Assembly (NCBI GenBank): GCA_001872485.1
Contig: MNWK01000027.1
Coordinates: 1-17,095 of the forward strand
Origin: Parcubacteria group bacterium CG1_02_44_31
GTDB taxonomy: Bacteria > Patescibacteriota > Minisyncoccia > UBA6257 > Brennerbacteraceae
Length of the DNA: 17,095 bases
Direction: 5' to 3'
This document shows positions 13,172-17,095 of this stretch, piece by piece (the first letter of the stretch is position 1; each line of letters opens with the position of its first letter). The position numbers and the translations under genes were made by a program. Under the pieces are notes generated by a model that did not search any database, was not told the DNA's origin, and was given only the letters and a program-made list of their open reading frames with translations.

Positions 13172-14032
13172 TCATGGTAGCGCCCCGTGTACGACTAATT
13201 TTCCTTTTTCAATCACTGCTTGGATTGTCCCGTTCATGTCCGTGCGCAAAATACTGCTGCCTATTTCCTGGAGACGCGCGAGCACGTCTTGCGTCGGATG
13301 GCCGTATGTATTTCTCCCCACAGAAATAATCGCATACGACGGCCGTATTTTTTCAAGCAACGCGTCCGATGTTGAATACTTTGAACCATGATGCGCAACT
13401 TTTAAAATATCAATATCCGAAAGTACGGAGAGTAATTTTTGCTCAACAGATTGCGATACATCGCTGGTTAATAATGCTTTGAAACTGCGGTACGAAACCA
13501 AACTCACAATCGCCGTATCGTTGGCTTTATTACTAGAAAGCTGTGCAGGAATAGGCAAGTCCAATTGCGGCCATAACACGTCAAGCGACACATTTTCAAA
13601 TGAGACACGCTCGCCTGCGCGGGCATACACAATCGGAATATTATTCATATGCACCGCTTTCATAACCGCATCGTACGTTGCGGATATATCCGCAACGCCA
13701 TTCATCATAAGAACACGCACGCGATACCGTTTCAGAATATCAAGCAACCCCGCCATATGGTCTGCGTTCGGATGCGTAATCATCGCAACATCAATAGTTC
13801 TACGGTATGCGGGCATAATCGCATCAAGGTTTGTTGCGGCTTTTTGATTCGGGCCAGCATCAACAAGCACTGCCGCGCGCCGCGTTTGAATCAATTCCGA
13901 ATCTCCTTGCCCGACATTTAAAAAATACAAAGAAAACTGCTTGCGGTTGAAATACCCGAAAATCGCGTCGTATAAAACGATATTTACAAACACCAACCCG
14001 ATAAGAATATAGATTTTTATTGCTGAACGCAT
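13172..14032 (-). CDS. comEC: ComEC C-terminal part: membrane-anchored metallo-beta-lactamase domain protein
   Basis: It has LNVGQGDS, VLVDAGP, THPNADHMAG and VAHHGS MBL motifs, preceded by one TM helix. The start is uncertain: ATG 14032 gives a 16-nt overlap with the upstream ORF, and GTG 14080 gives a 64-nt overlap. Confidence 0.8.
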   Translation of the reverse strand: MRSAIKIYILIGLVFVNIVLYDAIFGYFNRKQFSLYFLNVGQGDSELIQTRRAAVLVDAGPNQKAATNLDAIMPAYRRTIDVAMITHPNADHMAGLLDILKRYRVRVLMMNGVADISATYDAVMKAVHMNNIPIVYARAGERVSFENVSLDVLWPQLDLPIPAQLSSNKANDTAIVSLVSYRSFKALLTSDVSQSVEQKLLSVLSDIDILKVAHHGSKYSTSDALLEKIRPSYAIISVGRNTYGHPTQDVLARLQEIGSSILRTDMNGTIQAVIEKGKLVVHGALP

Positions 14033-15204
14033 AGATGTGCGCGCCTGTGCGACGCATACCAAAACCACAAAATAAAACACGCGTAATACGCTCCAACTGC
14101 ATACGCGCTTACGCGAATACCTTCAAACGCCGCAATGGGAAACGAACTGAAAAACGAGATAACCCACAACGCGCCTCGAAATATTGGAAGCGCAGACCAC
14201 GAAATAATTTGCCCCAAAGGAAAAAACGCGTATCCCAACACAATGCTCGCACTCCCAACCGCCATGGCAAAAGGAATAAATGGCAGCACGAACATATTCG
14301 CCGCAATGCCCAACAATGACATAGTTCCGAACCGATACAAAAGTATGGGAAACACCATACATTGCGCCGCAAGTGTTTCGCGCACTGCTCCTGCAATTTC
14401 ATCGCGCGCCGTTTTTTCGCGAGGGCCAAAACGAAGCGACCGATTCAAAAACGGCTCAACATACAAAATCCCAAACGCTGCCAAGAACGACAATTGAAAT
14501 CCCAAGTCGGAGCGAAGCGAAGACGGATTTATGATAAGCATTGCCGCAAGCGTCAACGCAAATGCAATATGCGTGGATGTTTGGCGCGAAAACCGTTTTG
14601 CAACAACAACCAAAAATGCCATCACTGCGGCGCGCACCGCAGACGCGGGCGCGCCGACAAACACAGTAAACCCAACAATGACTACCGAAGCAATTAGCCA
14701 TATCCATTTGCGCGGAACCGTAAGCCACGCAAGAAAAACACTTATGGCGTTTGCCACAATCGTGATGTTATATCCTGAAACCGCAATTAAATGCGCGGTG
14801 CTTGTCCTGCGCAACGCCTCCCATAGCGCGGGTTGAATCTGGACACCTTTGCTTCCCAGCAGCAAACCTTGGACAAATCCCGCAACGGGCTCGGGATACA
14901 AGCGCTGGACCATAGCCGTAACTCCTAACCGTATGTTTTCAAGTATAGTTATAATCCAACTTCCCTGTTTTAAAAAAATAAATGTGGGAGCAAACAATGC
15001 TATGCGCAGCAACCCCGCGCACGCGCCTATACAAAACAAAATAAAAGCCCAACGGTACGTGCGCGGGCACAAAATGCTTGTAATGCAAAATCCAAAAATC
15101 CCAAACGCAATAATCCACCATAATTTAACCGCCGCTAACGACGCAATAAAAACGCTTGCGATGCACCCCGCAAGCGCCATAAAAAAATAATCAGCCAAAA
15201 CCAT
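14017..15204 (-). CDS. comEC: ComEC/Rec2 competence-domain membrane channel protein (N-terminal part)
   Basis: Polytopic ORF with YPEPVAGFVQGLLLGSK...TAHLIAVSGYNITIV competence-domain signatures. The track start at 15303 overlaps fba by 95 nt. ATG 15204 (MVLADYFF...), 4 nt after the fba stop, is the likely start. Confidence 0.85.
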   Translation of the reverse strand: MVLADYFFMALAGCIASVFIASLAAVKLWWIIAFGIFGFCITSILCPRTYRWAFILFCIGACAGLLRIALFAPTFIFLKQGSWIITILENIRLGVTAMVQRLYPEPVAGFVQGLLLGSKGVQIQPALWEALRRTSTAHLIAVSGYNITIVANAISVFLAWLTVPRKWIWLIASVVIVGFTVFVGAPASAVRAAVMAFLVVVAKRFSRQTSTHIAFALTLAAMLIINPSSLRSDLGFQLSFLAAFGILYVEPFLNRSLRFGPREKTARDEIAGAVRETLAAQCMVFPILLYRFGTMSLLGIAANMFVLPFIPFAMAVGSASIVLGYAFFPLGQIISWSALPIFRGALWVISFFSSFPIAAFEGIRVSAYAVGAYYACFILWFWYASHRRAHLCVQQ

Positions 15205-15208
15205 ATCA

Positions 15209-16075
15209 TTACTTTTGCCCTGCAAATAAACGCATGCGCTCGCTGATGTGTTTTTGCAGCACCGCTCCAACTGATTCAAGAAGTTTATACGGCGCGATTT
15301 CATCCGGATGCTCGGAAAATGCTTGCGTAGCGCTTTTACGCCACAAAACGCGAAGTTCTGTATTGATATGAATGACGTTTATGCCAGCTTGAATCGCATT
15401 GGTAAAATCCTGGTCTGAAAGTCCTGACCCGCCATGCAATACCAAAAACAAATCTGTATGTTCGCGCAATGCCTGAATATGCGGAATGCTGATATGTTCG
15501 TTTGCGGATGCGGCCATGCCGTGGAAACTCCCGACTGCAGGGCTTAACAAATCAACGCCGGCTTGTTTTTGAAATTCTCTTGCTTGCTCGGGCGTTGTAA
15601 AATCTTTTTCCAAAACCTGCGCGCCTGCGGGCACACTTTGATGAATTTCAGAACCAGAACCGAGATATCCTAATTCGCCCTCAATCAATATGCCGCGCGA
15701 TATGCGTCTTGCCAGTTTTGTTGCTTGTTGGGTTTGTCCACAGTTTTGGTCAAATGGTAATTTCCCAAAATCGCACAAAATGCTGTCAAATCCCGCGCGA
15801 GCAGCGCGCTCAATCAACGCCATATCATGAAAATGGTCTGCATTTAAAAACACGGGTATGTTTTCTTTTTCCCGAACACGCTGAACTAAAACCGCAACAT
15901 CTTCAATGTTGAAAAATTGCGCCTCGCCCTCGGACACACCAATAATCACCGGCAATCGTGTTTCGCGGCACGCGCCAACAATCGCGTGAAATGTTTCAAT
16001 GGTTGAAATATTGAAATGCCCGATTGCAATTTTCGCTTCGCGAGCTTTTTGTAAATATGTCAGTAATGAATCCAT
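15209..16075 (-). CDS. fba: Class II fructose-bisphosphate aldolase family protein
   Basis: 288-aa ORF with LNADHF, HGGSG and HINTELR-type blocks of class II (metal-dependent) ketose-bisphosphate aldolases. Confidence 0.88.
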   Translation of the reverse strand: MDSLLTYLQKAREAKIAIGHFNISTIETFHAIVGACRETRLPVIIGVSEGEAQFFNIEDVAVLVQRVREKENIPVFLNADHFHDMALIERAARAGFDSILCDFGKLPFDQNCGQTQQATKLARRISRGILIEGELGYLGSGSEIHQSVPAGAQVLEKDFTTPEQAREFQKQAGVDLLSPAVGSFHGMAASANEHISIPHIQALREHTDLFLVLHGGSGLSDQDFTNAIQAGINVIHINTELRVLWRKSATQAFSEHPDEIAPYKLLESVGAVLQKHISERMRLFAGQK

Positions 16076-16089
16076 GTTCGTAAGACTAC

Positions 16090-16222
16090 ACCCTGTAGTG
16101 AATTTTCAACTTAATTAACGTTCATTCTTGTTACATTATTAACCTTTAGTATACGAGTTATTTCTTTTTGCGATACCCGATATTTTTTTGTCGCTTCGCG
16201 ACTGTTGAAAATCTACTACGGG
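16090..16222. repeat. Inverted-repeat element copy E5 (133 bp)
   Basis: Left arm CCCTGTAGTGAATTTTCAAC (16090-16109) and right arm GTTGAAAATCTACTACGGGG (16203-16222) are complementary at 17/20 positions. It lies 14 nt from the fba ATG. Confidence 0.85.
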
Positions 16223-16621
16223 GCATACCTTATATGATACCACCTTGCCATTCATGAAACACCCAAATCCGCACAACGTTTACGTATATTTGACGGATGA
16301 TATGACTGATTTATACCTTACCAAGGTTAGCAAGTAATTCATTTATTTTTGTTTTACCGATTACTACATCGGCATCTTTTTTAAAATCTTCCGATTTTTG
16401 AATTAAATTCATAAAATTGTGAGAATTATTCTGTAAACTTGAATGACGCTTCGTATAACGTTTCAGTATATGCGATGTTCCGCTACACCAATATTTTATC
16501 AAATTAAAAGTTGTGGCGGAATATGGGAGGGCAAAGTGCAACGCCCCCTTGAGCTTTTGTATTTGAGATTAATATAAATCTCAAGTGTAGCGAGTCCATA
16601 GTTAAGAAAAAGAAAAGCCCA

Positions 16622-17095
16622 CTACAAATCCAACTCTAAAACCAAAGTATAGTCTTTGAAATTGTTAGTTCTATAAAATTTGATCGCTCTTTCATTTTGG
16701 GCAGAAGCCTCAACTCTAACTTTGCCAACCTTTTTGGTTTTACACCACTTGATAAATTCATCAAACAATTGTTTACCAATTCCTTTTGATCTAAACTTTT
16801 CCAAAACAAGGGTGTTCTCAAGCTCGGCAACAATTGGCAAATTCCTATACGCTTCTGCTTTTTTAATTCCTCCACATAGATAACCAACAATTTCATTTCC
16901 TACAACAGCAATTAAAACGCAACCATCATCCTTCAGGATCCTGTCCTTATAGTACTTGGTTCCTGCTTTTCCAAAAGTCCATTTTAAATTCAATAATGGG
17001 TCGTACTCTTTATACTCTTTTTCAAATAACCTCAAATTAAGTGCTTGGATTTTTTGTAAATCATCTATGGTTGCATTTTTAATTGTCACCTTCAT
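16622..17095 (-). CDS. GNAT family N-acetyltransferase
   Basis: 157-aa ORF. LVLEKFRSKGIGKQLFDEF is a GNAT acetyl-CoA-binding motif (R-x-x-G-x-G). The ATG is the last three bases of the window. The region is visibly AT-richer than the backbone. Confidence 0.85.
   Translation of the reverse strand: MKVTIKNATIDDLQKIQALNLRLFEKEYKEYDPLLNLKWTFGKAGTKYYKDRILKDDGCVLIAVVGNEIVGYLCGGIKKAEAYRNLPIVAELENTLVLEKFRSKGIGKQLFDEFIKWCKTKKVGKVRVEASAQNERAIKFYRTNNFKDYTLVLELDL

Noticed and set aside
15205-15303. Track start of comEC at 15303, giving a 95-nt overlap with fba.
   Set aside because: The extension (MKSRRINFLNQLERCCKNTSASACVYLQGKSND) is non-hydrophobic and overlaps conserved fba coding sequence. ATG 15204, 4 nt after the fba stop, begins the first TM helix.
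16311-16541. 76-aa minus-strand ORF between E5 and the GNAT gene.
   Set aside because: It has a TTG start, no recognisable domain and AT-rich low-information sequence. It may be a gene remnant and is mentioned only in the AT-rich-tail finding.

Overview
This 17.1-kb chromosomal segment reads like a small-genome Patescibacteria/CPR-type bacterium, an inference from gene content only. Most backbone genes are on the minus strand: rpsL-rpsG-fusA, an M50 site-2 protease, a DUF5652-like small membrane protein, uppS overlapping (ATGA) an MFS-like permease, a DUF763 protein, a shortened aspS, a two-ORF comEC, class II fba and a GNAT acetyltransferase. A plus-strand block holds rpmB (C4 zinc form), mgtC/sapB, tRNA-Pro(GGG) and a visibly AT-richer AbiEi/AbiEii type IV toxin-antitoxin / abortive-infection pair. 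The coding content is mostly ordinary. The unusual part is the intergenic DNA, which is built largely from a few repeat families. (i) Four copies of a 116-136-bp element, plus a 30-nt mini-hairpin version, carry inverted arms of the type CCCYGTAGTRR...YYACTACRGGG (20 nt in the three long copies); the inner arm bases co-vary between copies, and the copies sit directly 5' of rpsL, aspS and fba. (ii) Heptad-periodic tandem repeats occur at four loci, including an identical 21-mer 8-9 nt upstream of the rpmB and DUF763 start codons and a 10x TGATCAC/TGATTAC array. (iii) A CCAGCRCCACTTTTG...CAAAAGTGGTGCTGG hairpin family has three copies. (iv) A 146-nt element closed by a perfect 17-bp stem, with two internal stems, lies in a 565-nt gene-free gap. 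(v) GC-rich stem-loop clusters follow tRNA-Pro and uppS. I could not assign any of these to a known RNA or IS family by eye, so they are the best candidates here for something undescribed. I saw no CRISPR array, rRNA, transposase or integrase gene.
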